DNA of 64,000 nt from Rhynchobatus australiae (Eukaryota), in contig JAUZTB010000065.1 in NCBI GenBank assembly GCA_034780895.1, positions 12,991,396 through 13,055,395 on the forward strand, written 5' to 3'. Positions 38,515-51,100 of this stretch are shown here, in pieces (within the stretch, counting starts at the first letter, position 1; every line of letters starts with the position of its first letter). Below the pieces are notes generated by a model. The model ran no database searches and was not told where the DNA came from. It was given only the letters and a program-made list of their open reading frames with translations. The translations under genes were made by a program, and so were the position numbers.

Positions 38515-39430
38515 AAAATGAACAGCAGAGAGGCAAGGAAAGAACTTACGTTTTCCATCTGCAGATGATTCTTGTACACAAGTCTCAATCAAAATACTTG
38601 GGTGTTATTCGAGACAAGACACTCATAATATTGGCCTCATTTAACTAAAACGTGAGTAGGCGTGGTCTGGAAGTTCTGCTGCAGAATACTGCTCTGGCTC
38701 ATGATCCTGCAGGTGCCACACAAAGAGTATAGGTACACAGCTAAATGCTGCCACGTTGGCAGTGAGGGGGATCCTTAAGACCACTCCAACTCAGTGGACG
38801 CTAGTGCGAGCTCACATTGTCATTCGTAGTGATTCCAATATCAACCATGAGATGAAAGAAAGGTAACATCAATCTCCCATTCCATAAAGATTTGTAAAAA
38901 TACCATTAAAATGTTTAAAATCCTGGGAAACAGCATCCAGTGTCCATACTATAGAAGAAACTGTGGGGCATGTCCAAGACCACCTCTGGCACTTTGCTCA
39001 AAGACTCTGCCTCTGGTTTCAGCTAAGTAAGAAAACATTGGATCCAAATAGATATGAACCAGGCATAGAAAAAAAAGTGCATTTTGTTTTCTCCAAATGG
39101 CTGCAGAAAGCTGTTGGAAAAGCTGATGTTTCAATGTACCCTGCTGCAGGGTTCCTTTAATCTCAGCAGAGCAGCATGGCGTACAGACAGCTCCAGGCTC
39201 CATACTACGGCCACTGATAGAAGAAACTGTGGGGCATGTCCACTACTGGGAACAAACATCTCATCACTGATTTATTAGAGGTTCCTGACTTCACCCTCTC
39301 CTAAGACAGCGCACAAACCAATGATGGCACGGCCATCTGCCCCCACAAACAGAAAACACTAGATGACCCAAAATGCACGGAGGCCATGAGTCCCACATTA
39401 TGAAACAAATCACATCATTAAGATCTATTG
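38515..39430 (+). mobile_element. Ingi/Vingi-like LINE fossil (RT thumb/C-terminal region)
   Basis: Broken frames read NSREARKEL...SKYLGVIRDKTL...SAAEYCSGS*SCRCHTKSIGTQLNAATLAVRGILKTTPTQW..VRAHI...NKHLITD..EVPDFTL, in the order expected for Vingi/Ingi proteins as recalled. Confidence 0.7.
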
Positions 39431-40959
39431 CAGAGGCAATCCACTTCCATACTTGGCATCTCAGGAAGCCATTGAGTGGAGATGGCTTGACATCCGTGCA
39501 AAGGTCAAATGAACACTGATATCAGCTTCAGGGAGAGAAAGATTTATAAAAGTGCACTCTAAACCATGAGGTTGGCTGACTGAAAGGATTTGGCCCCAAT
39601 GAGAGGAGGAAAAGGAATGTATAAGATGTTTCAACACAGAGAAAGCATGGGAAAAGGACTGCAAATATGTATCCAGTTGCAGAGGTAGGAAGGACAAACC
39701 ATAGGAGGATTTAAGTGCAATGATAAGACCTCCGAGGTGCTAGGGGAACAGAAGCCACTGCAGGTCATAAAACAAAATGAGAGATCACTTTAAGATGCTA
39801 TTGATTGTGTGTATTTTCTATGTTAGGGTCTGGTTTACTCTGCTGTTGACTAGGTACATGAAACTTGGTTTAAATGCAACTCGGTCTGGGAAATATAAAA
39901 AGGAGGATCTTAGAGGCAGGGAGAGAAAAGATTTAGGAAGTGGATTCCAGACCATGGGGTGTAGCAAGCTAAAAGGCATAGAAAGAGGAGACTTGGGAAG
40001 TAGATTCCAATCCATTTGTGTAGCAGACTGAAAGGACAGCCCCTAATGATGGGAGGGAAAAGAGGGAATACATTATATAGGAGTTATGAGAAAGGATAGA
40101 AAAAGGATTGCAAATATGTGTAAGCATAAACAAGAATCAAACCTTTCCTTCAAAATCTCAATATCTCAAGTAAAACCAAGTTAATAAGGTAACTCTCATA
40201 TTATTACAAGATGTATGGACATCCTAGCAGTTTCTCATGGTGAAAAAATACAGATTTAATTTCCTAAATAGAATGGTGAGAATGTACAAATGTACCCTTC
40301 TTCCATGGAACATATACAAACTCCAACTAATTCATGTGTACATAACAAAACTCCAACAAATGCATTCCACATACAATGCATCTGTTAGCACATACTAAAA
40401 AACCTCCCAATAAAACTAATCCATTCTAAAGAAATCCCTCGAGTTTTAGTTTACAGCCGTTGATTATCAGTCATTAGGATTAAGAAGAAAAGGCAATGAA
40501 ATTTACATTCTAAAAATAAAGTCTCCCCATCCTCCAAGGCAATCATCTACCCGCCCATCACCCAACCAGCTAAAGTTACCTTCAATCAAGGTTTTGAGGC
40601 CCATGTTTACAGTGCCCTTGGGCTTTGTGTACAGGAAGGAAATAGGAGTGTGTTTATGTGGAGAAGAGTGGATAGGTACTGATGGGACTGCCTAAGCAAC
40701 AGTGATTTATGATTATTTGTTTACAAGAAAGGGGATAAGGTGAATATTTGGAGTTAGGATATAAAAACAGCTTAAGTATATCATCACAGCTCTTCCCCTC
40801 CTCCAAAGTCCAGTTTAGATTTTTTTTTAAATGTTTAACATAATATTGATTCATTTGATATTTCTCTTCCCAAATCTATTCCCTATCTGATAACTTAATA
40901 AACCTGAGGTTGACAAAACAAGTGTAACAAGATCCAATTTCCTTCTCGGTGGAGGTGGT

Positions 40960-41475
40960 CTTCTCAGTCCCCAGGCCAATAATGATTCTTCAGTCACCAT
41001 CACTAATGAAGCTTATCTGCTCATTTCTATATGTGGGGAACCAAGATGTACTCAAATTAACCGCTGTGCTTTCCACATTACCGCATTTCCACAATAACTT
41101 CTCTTCAAAAGTGTCCCATTGCTTGTGAGGTGCTTTGGGACATCTGGGGTTAGGAAAGACTTAATACAAATGTAATAGCTTTCTTCTTAAATTCTGGTTC
41201 TTTGCACATACACAGATCTGTGTAATGGATCCTGTGGAATTACTCAATCAAACAGGGACTAAAAGTTCTCTCAGTAAGCTGACCAAAATCATTTCACTTA
41301 TTGTCCTGGCCAATACCACCAGCTGAATTCTTTCATTTCTGTTTGTGGAATTTTGCTATGTGCAATAATGACTGCCAAGATTGTCTACAGAATAATGGTT
41401 AATGGACTTTGACATAATTAATTTATGTGATGCACTTTGACATTTGTGACATATTACGTAAATGCACAACTTTTG
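40960..41475 (+). mobile_element. Two decayed DeuSINE (SacSINE1/AmnSINE-like) 3' halves in tandem
   Basis: gtcctggccaata...tttgtggaattttgctatgtgcaa and cttcaaaagt...gtgctttgggacat. Related minus copies at ~45185-45480, ~57970-58330, ~62680-63010 and ~11240-11370. Confidence 0.55.
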
Positions 41476-43330
41476 CTAATTATTTTCTTCCATGCTAAAA
41501 TTAATCAGAAGATAACAGTTTATATGTTGAAAATGCTTTTGATGAGTGGTCTTTCTGAGAAGTATTGATGGAGATTCTTCTTCGGGGAAGCTCTATTTCA
41601 TGCTACGTATTTTTTTAATCATCTCATGTTCACTGTATTCATCCCTGATAAGGTTGGCAATTATAAAAGGAGGGCTATCTTTAAAAACTTCTCACTTCAG
41701 AAGACGAATGGAGCAACAATTAGATGATGCCAGGTAAAGGTGATAGGTTTCCTTCCAAAAGGATACTAGTGCATCACTTTTTATAAGCAATAATCATGGT
41801 TAATTTTACAAACACCAGCTTCTATATTTCATTGCTATTAAATGACTTCAAATTCACTGAATGGTACTCTGGATAATTGCCCATTTATTAATTCAATAAC
41901 ATAACCACTTCATTCCATTCCTTTGTTACTGATCACAGGCAATCAGTCCCAGTGGCAGTCAGTTCAGAGGTGTCAGACAGGGGTGCATATAATCTTTGCT
42001 TTAGCAATGGGGAGCATTTACTCAGATATCCAAGGGTTCATAAGGCAGGATGGGTTAAAAGGCTTCTTTTCCTGCAATGGGATATCTGCCTGCATACAGC
42101 TTACATTGGCTCTCTTCAGCAGTTTGGTCACTCATCTGTGTAACAGTATCCGATTAGTCATAACACCAGGTTTCGGAGATTGCATGATCAAACTACATCA
42201 TAACAAAATGTGTAACAATATTCAATAAACCAAGCACTAGAAAGTGATCACTGAAGTTTCTGGATTGTCATATAGTTCAACTGTTTCATAAGTGACCAAG
42301 GAAAAGAACATGTAATCCTGTCTGGTCTAAATGTACTCTTATCCTGAGTAATTACTCCTAAATTTTTTCAAGTAGGCGAGCAATAAATAATAGCCTTGTC
42401 TGGTCACCCATATCCCAAAAGCAAATTTAAGAACATCCTAAACTGAAAGCCCTAAGTTTGAGTCAATTTACCATTTCATGATATCAGCTGCTGGAATGGC
42501 TTCAGGAGCTCAGTTTCTAGACATGCACAGCTGCTATCTACCTTCTGTAGCTCTGCTGCGGATACATGGGACTACACATTATCTCACCATCCCTTTTAAA
42601 CATCAGATTTTAAGCCTGTCAAATGACAAACGAGATGTTTGCAAGGTTTCCTGTATTTGAATCTTATTCCATGTCTGTTAGAAAAGACATGCATTGTGAC
42701 CGATGATAAAGCTGAAAACTAGTCTCAGTAATTAATAAAGAATGGGTCAGCTAAAATGAGGGCCCTCNNNNNNNNNNNNNNNNNNNNNNNNNNNNNNNNN
42801 NNNNNNNNNNNNNNNNNNNNNNNNNNNNNNNNNNNNNNNNNNNNNNNNNNNNNNNNNNNNNNNNNNNGATTGGAAACGTCTCAGCCTTTGGAGGGGATGA
42901 AATTCAAAATATAACAAGAGAATGCCATAAGTTGCAATAACATCATCCACACCTTCAGTTTCAAGCTCATCAAAATTGGCATACACAAATCAACAAACAT
43001 ATTGCAACTCTATATATTGCAGTTAAAATGTGAACAGCCAGCAAGCTGGAACCAAAAGTAGAGTACTAGCTCACTTTTTCTTAACCAAAAGAAGGTCTTA
43101 AAAGTCTTGATCGAGATTATCTCCTGATCAACAAATCTCCAAATAAAGAATCACATGCTGGAAAATAATCACATCAGACAGGTTTAGAAAGCAGGGAAAC
43201 CCTTTGCATTCAGTTAATCTTCATTACAGAAACAGCATGAGACTCGTAGTGCTCAGACGATCCAATTAAACAAGATCACTTGAAAATCACACTGAATTAG
43301 TTTTGGCACAAACAGCAAAAGGATACTTAC

Positions 43331-43481
43331 TGCCTTCCCACGTGCAGTGCAATAGGTTAAGAGCCCCCTCCACTCTCTTCCAATGCTGAAGGTGAAAGAA
43401 AGCATATGCTATTGCTTCACTGTCTCCCCGCTTCAAAATGTGTTCCGGTGGCAAAATTAAACTTTTCATTTCTAGTAAATA
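43331..43481 (-). CDS. ST7: ST7 internal coding exon (approx. exon 13), 151 nt: [50 protein letters not shown](T)
   Basis: Acceptor ttttccatag|TATTTACTAGAAATG and donor GAAGGCA|gtaagt. ORF 43287..43469 contains the peptide. Ends in phase 1. Confidence 0.97.
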
Positions 43482-44589
43482 CTATGGAAAAATAAAAGAA
43501 AGGAAAAGTTGATTATAGATAATAAAAAAAATAAAACTGTAACCATCTTTAAATGTATTGAAGTATAAGGAACTATTTTCACAGATGGGAGGTATTATGA
43601 AGAGGGAGAGCTTCAGAAGGTATGAATATTAAAAGATTATTTTCATTACTTTTCACACTGAGCTTGAATGGAATCCCCCAACTTTACTGTGGATATTTTG
43701 AGTGATTACTGTACTTCTCTGGGATAATTGCAACTTTATGCCAGTGAAAAATCGATATCTATAGTCTTGAAGCAATCTTATTCCTTCACCCTCTCTGGTT
43801 TTTAAATTTTTCCAACATGTTCACTTTTCTAGCTCTTGAATTTCCCTACTCTGCATCCCTCTCCTGTTCCTCACGTCATTCCATACATTCATCAAGGTTC
43901 TGGGTTGCCACCAAGGACCACATTATGCAGAGTAACAGTAATTCCAAACAAATTTATTTGGTCTCACAAACCAGACAGAGAACAGCAGTAATATAAAGAT
44001 ACTGATAGTCTTGAAAACTTGATTTATATTACATTTATGCATTTAACTGGTGGCCTGCCGCAGATCTTATTCAGTTTAATTCCAAAATCTACTGCCTTTG
44101 CATAGAAGTAAAAAATAAAAATAAAACTTTTTACTAGGTGTGGGCAGTGGTTCCAATTCCCATCTAAACTGAACAAACTCTTATGAATATATCAAAAGTT
44201 GTATACAAGTCATCAACTTCCATACTAGAGCAAGAACTTTAGAATACACAACTTTACAATATCAAACAGATGGACATTGTTAAAAGCTTCTTTGCGGTAT
44301 GTTTAGGGCAAGGGGCATTAAAATTAAAGCATAAACAGTGTAAAATGAGTGTGACACTGCACAGGGCATTATTAAAATTACAACATGGCATTGAGTACTA
44401 TTGTGTGCCAGTCCTATAGGATGCAGCAATTCATTTATAGTTTTTCAATTTCTGCTGCTGGTATGTTTAATACTGTAATCTACTTCCCTCCATCAACCAC
44501 ATATTTCATGGGAAAACTATCCAATTTCATGGTTTGCCCTTAATACTCCCTGTGGCAAAGTATTTCATGTTCTGAAAACTCTCATCATT

Positions 44590-44968
44590 CCACGTAATCT
44601 TTCAGCCTCTGTCTCTACCTCCGTCCTCCCCTCCCCCCCACCAGCCCCATCTGTCCCCTTTTATTTTTCTCTCTTTACCTGTTTTTACTTTCCACCAGCA
44701 GCCACTGTTTAACTCCACCCCACCTCCTCCACCTGGCTCCATCTACCGATCATCCCCCTCATCTGGTTCCATCCATCACCTTCCAACCCCTGCCTCACCC
44801 TTCCCTCTCACTTCTTGTACTGGCCATCTCCCCTCTACACTCTCAGTCCTGATGAAGGGTCTCGACATGAAACAATGACAATCCCTTTGCCTCCAGATGC
44901 TCCCTGACTCACCGAGTTCCCCCAGCAGTTTGTTTTTTGCTTCAGATTACAGCATCTGCGTTTCTTGA
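44590..44968 (+). mobile_element. Penelope-like 3' end / pLTR with a hammerhead motif at 44844-44880
   Basis: C-rich spacer, then cagtcCTGATGAagggtctcgacatGAAAcaatgac, then gatgctccctgactcaccgagttccccc...cagcatctgc. Confidence 0.75.
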
Positions 44969-45184
44969 AAAGCTGCCTGAACAAATTTCTAATTTAACTC
45001 CACACTCTTTTAGTAAGATTTTAATTTGTCACCAACTCATAACGTTCATTGTTTGGATCTGTGCCTGAGGACTGTTTTGCCATTACAGTCTCTCTCAATT
45101 TGCAGCATCTTTGGGGAGGTGGCACTATGGAGTGGCAATACTGGAGGAGTACAGGGAATTGCATGGGATAAATAGACTGTGAAA

Positions 45185-45480
45185 GTCAACTTGCATTTTT
45201 ATAATACATTATGCTTCTTGTGGGAATTTCAAGCACTTTACAGCCAATTAACTACTTTTGAAGTTCAGTCACTACTATAATGTACAGCAAATTTTCGCAG
45301 AACAAAATCCATTAAATTGCAATGAGATAAATCATCACAAAACTTGTTTTAGTTCTGTTGACTGAGAGATAAACATCGGTCAGGACACCAGGAGAATCTT
45401 CTGTACCTTTCCAAAAGTTAGTGCTGCAAAATCATCCAAAATTCCAAACCACTGGGAGTGCAGCACTCTCTTGACAAAAT
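45185..45480 (-). mobile_element. DeuSINE-like SINE
   Basis: agcactttacagccaattaactacttttgaagt...tcaggacaccaggagaa is the reverse of the Deu-like domain. Confidence 0.6.
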
Positions 45481-46039
45481 GAAATTGGATAAGTATTATA
45501 AAGTAAAAATTCCGTGGGCATTATGGGGAAGGATGGTGAAGTGCGGACTAGGTAAATTCCTCTTCAAAAGAATTGGCATACATTAGAGGAGAAAAGGTTT
45601 TTATCTCTATCGCATTTATTATCACTTCAGTCAACTCAAAACACCTTCTAATTCCAATTAACTACTTCTAATTAACAAGAAAGGAATATACATGAACTGA
45701 ATGGCCTCCTTCTGTAATGTACTAGTTTATGCTTCTGTTCTACATTGCCTTCAGTTTTTAAAATTTCTAATAGTCCACTGAAGGATTACATCCTCACATC
45801 TCTTTGGCTGATATTCATGTTCTTCTGAGTTAGAGCAGAGGTTAACAATGTTTTACTTTATTAATAGCTACCATCTTTCAGATTGTAAGCTAGGATACAA
45901 CTCCACCTTGGAGACTGTGGCACCAAACTTTGGAAATCTGAAGACTTAAAGAGGTTTGATACCAAATATATGCTAAACAATTGTGCTTAATTAAATGGCT
46001 AACTGTCAAATTATATGCCAAAGCAAGTTTCAAAGATTA

Positions 46040-46132
46040 AAAAATAATCTGCTTGAGGAACTCAGCAGGTCAGGCAGCATCTGCAGAGGGAAATGGACAG
46101 TTGATGTTTCTGGTTGAGACCCTTTGTCTGAC
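46040..46132 (-). mobile_element. Penelope-like pLTR remnant
   Basis: Minus reads cagacaaagggtctcaaccagaaacatcaactgtcc...gatgctgcctgacctgctgagttcctc. Confidence 0.65.
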
Positions 46133-46751
46133 ATCTTTAATTTGAGAAATACTATTGAAGCTGTAATACATGCACTGCATAATCTGGCAAGGTGCTTGCT
46201 ACTTAATCATTAAGGTCTTGGTTAACTTTGCAAGGTGTATTTGACTTCTGCATTGCAATTATAAAATCTACACCAGAGAAAAACGCCATCGGTTCCAACT
46301 GTCTGTTAGTGTTTATTTTCTATATAAGCCTCCTCCCTGTCTAATTACCTTCCAATTCAATCCTGTTTCCCGTGTTGTCTTTTGTTAACTGTATACATCA
46401 AGTTTTCATTTAATTTTACCAGTGTCACCTGCTTCAAACACTCCTCGCCCTCTGTATAAATAGATTTCTGAAGCGATGGCTCTAGCAGGAGCCATCTTTT
46501 ATTTAACCCCCATTTCTTCAGGGCTAGGCCACAAATGGAATTTCTCCACCCAATAGAATCTTTTCAGAATCTTGAAGACTTTCTACAACTTTCTCATCAC
46601 ATTCAAAATTACATCCACCTACGCCCACAACGTGGAGTAACTATTTGGCAGCAGAGTGCTCAGGTGAGCTTTCTTCCAGCTCAACCCACCTGCTTTACAC
46701 TGATTATACCCTGTGTGAATTTAGAAATGAGAGACATTGATATTTACTCTT

Positions 46752-46935
46752 ACCATAGAACAGTATAGCACAGGAACAGGCCCTTCAGCCCATTATGTTG
46801 TGCCAAACTAATCAACTTAATGATGCCTAATTAAACTAATCCCTTCTGCCTACACTTGATCCATATCCCTCCATTCTCTGCATATTCATGTGCCTGTCTA
46901 AGAGGCTCTTAGACATCTCTTTCCTATCTGCCTTC
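46752..46935 (-). mobile_element. CR1 3' UTR fragment
   Basis: catagaacagtatagcacaggaacaggcccttcagccca on plus. ORF 46836..47021 contains LLDRHMNMQRMEGYG. Confidence 0.8.
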
Positions 46936-47004
46936 TTTGCTTTGGGTTGTATAGGCTGGGGTGTGAGGTCAGTTGAATAAACAAAATTGACATCTTTGTG
47001 TAAT

Positions 47005-47312
47005 GCATGAAGAGTCTTCAAACTAAAATGTTAACTCTGTTTCTCTTTTCATAGATGTGGCCTGACCTGCTGAGTATTTCCGCAATTTTTGTTTTTATTT
47101 TAGATTTCCAGAATCTGAAGTTTTTATTTTTATATATTGTATTGAATTCAGTGCCATTTCTCTTCCAGCATTCTGATGAAGGGTCTTCAACCTGAAACAT
47201 TAACTCTGTTTCTCTTCCTACAGATGCAGCTTGACCTGCTGTGTATTTCCAGCATTTTATGTTTTTATTTTTTATTTTAGATTCCCAGCATTTGCAGTTT
47301 TTTTTAATTTTG
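47005..47312 (+). repeat. Tandem pair (~169-nt period) of Penelope/retrozyme-like units; the second has an intact hammerhead core CTGATGA(47173-79)...GAAAC(47194-98)
   Basis: gtcttcaa...ttaactctgtttctctt...agatg...tgacctgctg.gtatttcc...ttttagatt.ccag recurs at 47014 and 47183. Confidence 0.75.
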
Positions 47313-48599
47313 ACTAATGCATCTTGTTTTGGGAAATGTCACAAACGATAGGATTATTTACTAATCCGTTTTTCACACTGAGAAGTTTCCAGATTCATTT
47401 TCTGAAGGAATGCACTCAAGGTTTCTTAGACCCCCTTTAGATAAAGTAGATTTACTGCCTCAGTAAGTTCCCTTGGAGCATTAAGACCTATACTCAGGTG
47501 GCTAATACTGACGCTAATCCTTGCTAATCCTCCTTCAGTCTGTTTTACAGAGCAAGGATCACTGACGGACATTTAAGTTGTTGTGGGAAAGCCTGCCTGA
47601 ATGCCTGACCTCTGGTCTGACTCCTCACCCGCTTTCCAGTGCTTGTGGCTTTGACTGCATTATGCCATTTTCTTGAGAACGGAAGCCAAAAAAAACTCAT
47701 ACATTTGCTTAATTAGGCTCAACTGTGCACAACAAAATACAGCACCTTGGCAAGGGGGTTGAGGAATATTTATGAAAATACATTAGACCACTCATAAAAA
47801 AATGCACTTCAATTGCTGAATTATTAACGCTATAAGAATGCCAATTCTACAGTTACTGATTTAATCAGAAGCAAAAATATCCACTGAGATCACAAGATAA
47901 AAGGGTTCCAAATGGAAACATTTGAAAGTTTTGCAATATTGTGTGTATACATTTATACACAAGAATTCTTTCATTTTAAGAGAAAAAATAAACTTCTCCC
48001 TCATAAGCTCTTTTCTCCCTAAAGGCACAGTGGGCAAGGAGTAAGACACACTATCTGAGCCTGTCTGTGGCCAAAGATGTGCAGTGCTTGATCAGTCATG
48101 CACGCAACAACCAATTTCACTCTGCAATTAGCTTTCTCTGCTAACACTGTATTGAGAGATGGGCACACACTGGGATAAACACAGACCCTTCAAGGTTACA
48201 GTCATTCATATCTACTTAATGAAACAGCTGTATTTGTCAAAGATTAGACACTCAAATCCACACTCTGACTCTCAAGGCTGCTGCTTCCCTACTATATACC
48301 TTATTACCACAGATGTCTAAAACCACCAGAAGGGGCTCCCAAAGGCCATATCTCATGACCTCCTACATACTGTGTTATTTTCACATCCTTGAAAAGTCAG
48401 TGATAAACAGACATATAGTTTAGAGAAAAAGAATAAAGCTCTGAAAAAACACTGACTGAGATACTGTGTCAACGACTTGTGCTCTTTGCCGACGTGTGCA
48501 TAGTAAGCTCTCTAATTACTTGTTCCCTTTAATATTTCTCTTTTGTTATTGTGCCAGTTTAGGTTGGTGAGGGGGTGAGTGGGGTATAGAAGGAGAACT

Positions 48600-49240
48600 G
48601 GTCTTTGGCAGCAGCATGAGACCAGCAAGCCATTTTACACAGTGCCCAATTTTGGTTTTCAATTTGTTAGCAGCATTGAGTACAAATCAGATTTTATTAG
48701 TGCATACTCACTTCAAATCATCAACACAGTTTCATCACATTACAAGATGACAATCAGGGCTTCTATTGTGAGAAGGAGTAAGACACAGGCACTCAGTCCA
48801 GGCAACATATTATAAAAAGATTATAAAGCTACTTAAGAAGCTGCAAAGAGATTTACATGGATAATATGAGAACTGAGAGAACGTACTCATCAGAAAAGAT
48901 TGAATACACAGGGGCTCTTTTCTAGAACAGAGAAAGTTGAGGTCTTTAAAGCTAATAATAAGATTTGATATGATAAATATACAGAAATGTTGTCTTTGGG
49001 TTAGATTAAAATCAGGTGATCAATAATCCAAAGGGAATTCAGAAGAAACTTTTTTTTACACAAAGCATATTAAGAATATGGAATGTGGTTCCATTTGGAA
49101 TAGCTTAGATGAATAGCAAAAGGAAACTGTCAGAAGGAGTAAGAATTGCATACTGATTGGGCTTAAATAAAGATGATATTTGCATGGACCACAGCTCAAT
49201 TGGGCTGAATAGCCTGTCGCTATGGGGTAAACTGTATGAA
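48600..49240 (+). mobile_element. Old CR1 LINE remnant
   Basis: gggaattcagaagaaacttttttt...tggaa and the 3' tail ttgggctgaatagcctgt. Confidence 0.55.
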
Positions 49241-50524
49241 ATTGGAGGGAGGTCCACAGAACTGCTGCCAACAGGAAAGAATATTGCAACAAAATACTCA
49301 TTAAAAATTTGAAAAGTTACCCTCATATTGAAAAATATTTTTAAATTGCTTCATTGTTATCTTGGCCTCACTATCAAGGCTAGTATTTAACATGTATTTT
49401 CCAACTGCCCTTGAGAAGGCGATGATTAGCCACCACTTTGATTACTGCAACCCATTTTGGTGAAGGTACTCCCACTGAGATTTGAGGGGAACTTTCAAGT
49501 GACAGTGATCCTCTATAGCTGCTGTTCTGACAAGGTGCACAGCACTGCATGAAAATAAAGCTTATTTACATTGATAGTAACAGAATAAATATTCCTCAAT
49601 TAACAAGTGCTTCAAAAGAGCAATGATAATCATGCTAATAGCCTCAAGAAAAGAGTGGTTCAGGTTGTTCAAAAGTTAAGGATGATTTCAGAGAGGAATA
49701 TTCCATTTAACACATTTCCTCTCATCTCCCTAAAGTTCACAATCACTCAGTGGACCCTGAGTGATTATAAGCTGGGAAGGTTCTGATTTTCATTTGCTGG
49801 CTGTCCTGAGCTCAGTTAGACCAAGACGACGGGTGCCATAATTGGTCACTGCACTTCTGGATTTGGAGGGAAAGGGGAAAAAAATCAGCCATGACTCTCA
49901 CACTCCACCCATTTCATAAACCCATCTTTATTAACTTGTTTGGATTCTGTATGTGGATGGGCTGGGTATTATAATGTGCTGGTCATACTACTGGACTAAT
50001 CCAGAGAACAGGAGTTCCAATCCCACCATAGAACTTAGTGAATTTCAATTCTGTTTCTATACGTAACCTATCCTACACCAACACCTGTGACTCAGAACAA
50101 TATCCTCTGATCTCTAAACTGGCATCAAATCAAGACAACTAGTGATATGTAATGTGCAGGTATCCTCCAGAATGAATGAATACAAGCCAATCAATACGAG
50201 CTGACAGCCGAAAGAAAGTTATATGATTTTTATCCTCACAGTCTTGGAGATTCTACCATGGGTTTGCTGGAGGTTAGGGCCTACAGTATGACCTACCAGC
50301 TTTAAACAACCACTGTACAAAAGCCAATGGACAGACTCAGATGCACAGATTAAAACATTTCCTTCTCATGCAGCATTCCACAGAGAGTTGTCCTTCCAAA
50401 GAGCAGAAAATGGTCCAAATAGTCCATAAGATTAATAAAATGAAATATATCCTACTTTGAGCTGGAAATACAAGTCACAGCAAAATTAATATGCAACTTC
50501 AATTTACTGGCCTTGATGCTCTGC

Positions 50525-51100
50525 TCAGCAAAGTAATGCACAAAGGAGAATCAGTTAATGGAAACTCGAAAAACATTTGTGCAGGACTTTGTATGGTCAA
50601 ATGTATTAGGAAAGGTCTGACAAGCATAGATCCTTTGGCTATTTGGCATAATGCTCTTATTTAGCCACAGGAGCTTCTGGGGAAACAAGGGCCCTTTAAA
50701 TCTCCGGATACAAATTAGAATTAGATGTAGTAACAATGCGAAAGTTATTTTTTATGCATGTTATCTTAGCAACAGAGCCAAACAGAAAGTCAAGAGTTAT
50801 AAAATTAAAATATCCCAGATGTATTTCAATAATGCCATGTTTTACCCAAGTTATGGATTCAGCAAAATAACTAAGGAGAAATATGTACATGGTGGAACTA
50901 TTTAATGGAAACCCTGAAGAGAATTTTTGCAGGATTTTGTGTGGTGTAACTCATTAAGAATGGATAGAGTTTGACAAGCCTGGATCCTCTGGCTATTTGG
51001 CTCAATCCTCACACTTGAGCACAGGAGCTTCTGAGGAAACAAGTGCCTTCAAATCTCAGGATCTGAATTAGAATCAGATGTAGAACCAGTGTAAAAATTG
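50525..51100. repeat. Diverged direct duplication, ~220-240 nt units ~350 nt apart
   Basis: ttaatggaaac...gcaggac/ttttgt...tgacaagc...gatcct.tggctatttggc...cacaggagcttctg.ggaaacaag...aattagaat.agatgtag occurs at ~50555-50745 and ~50902-51095. Confidence 0.8.
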
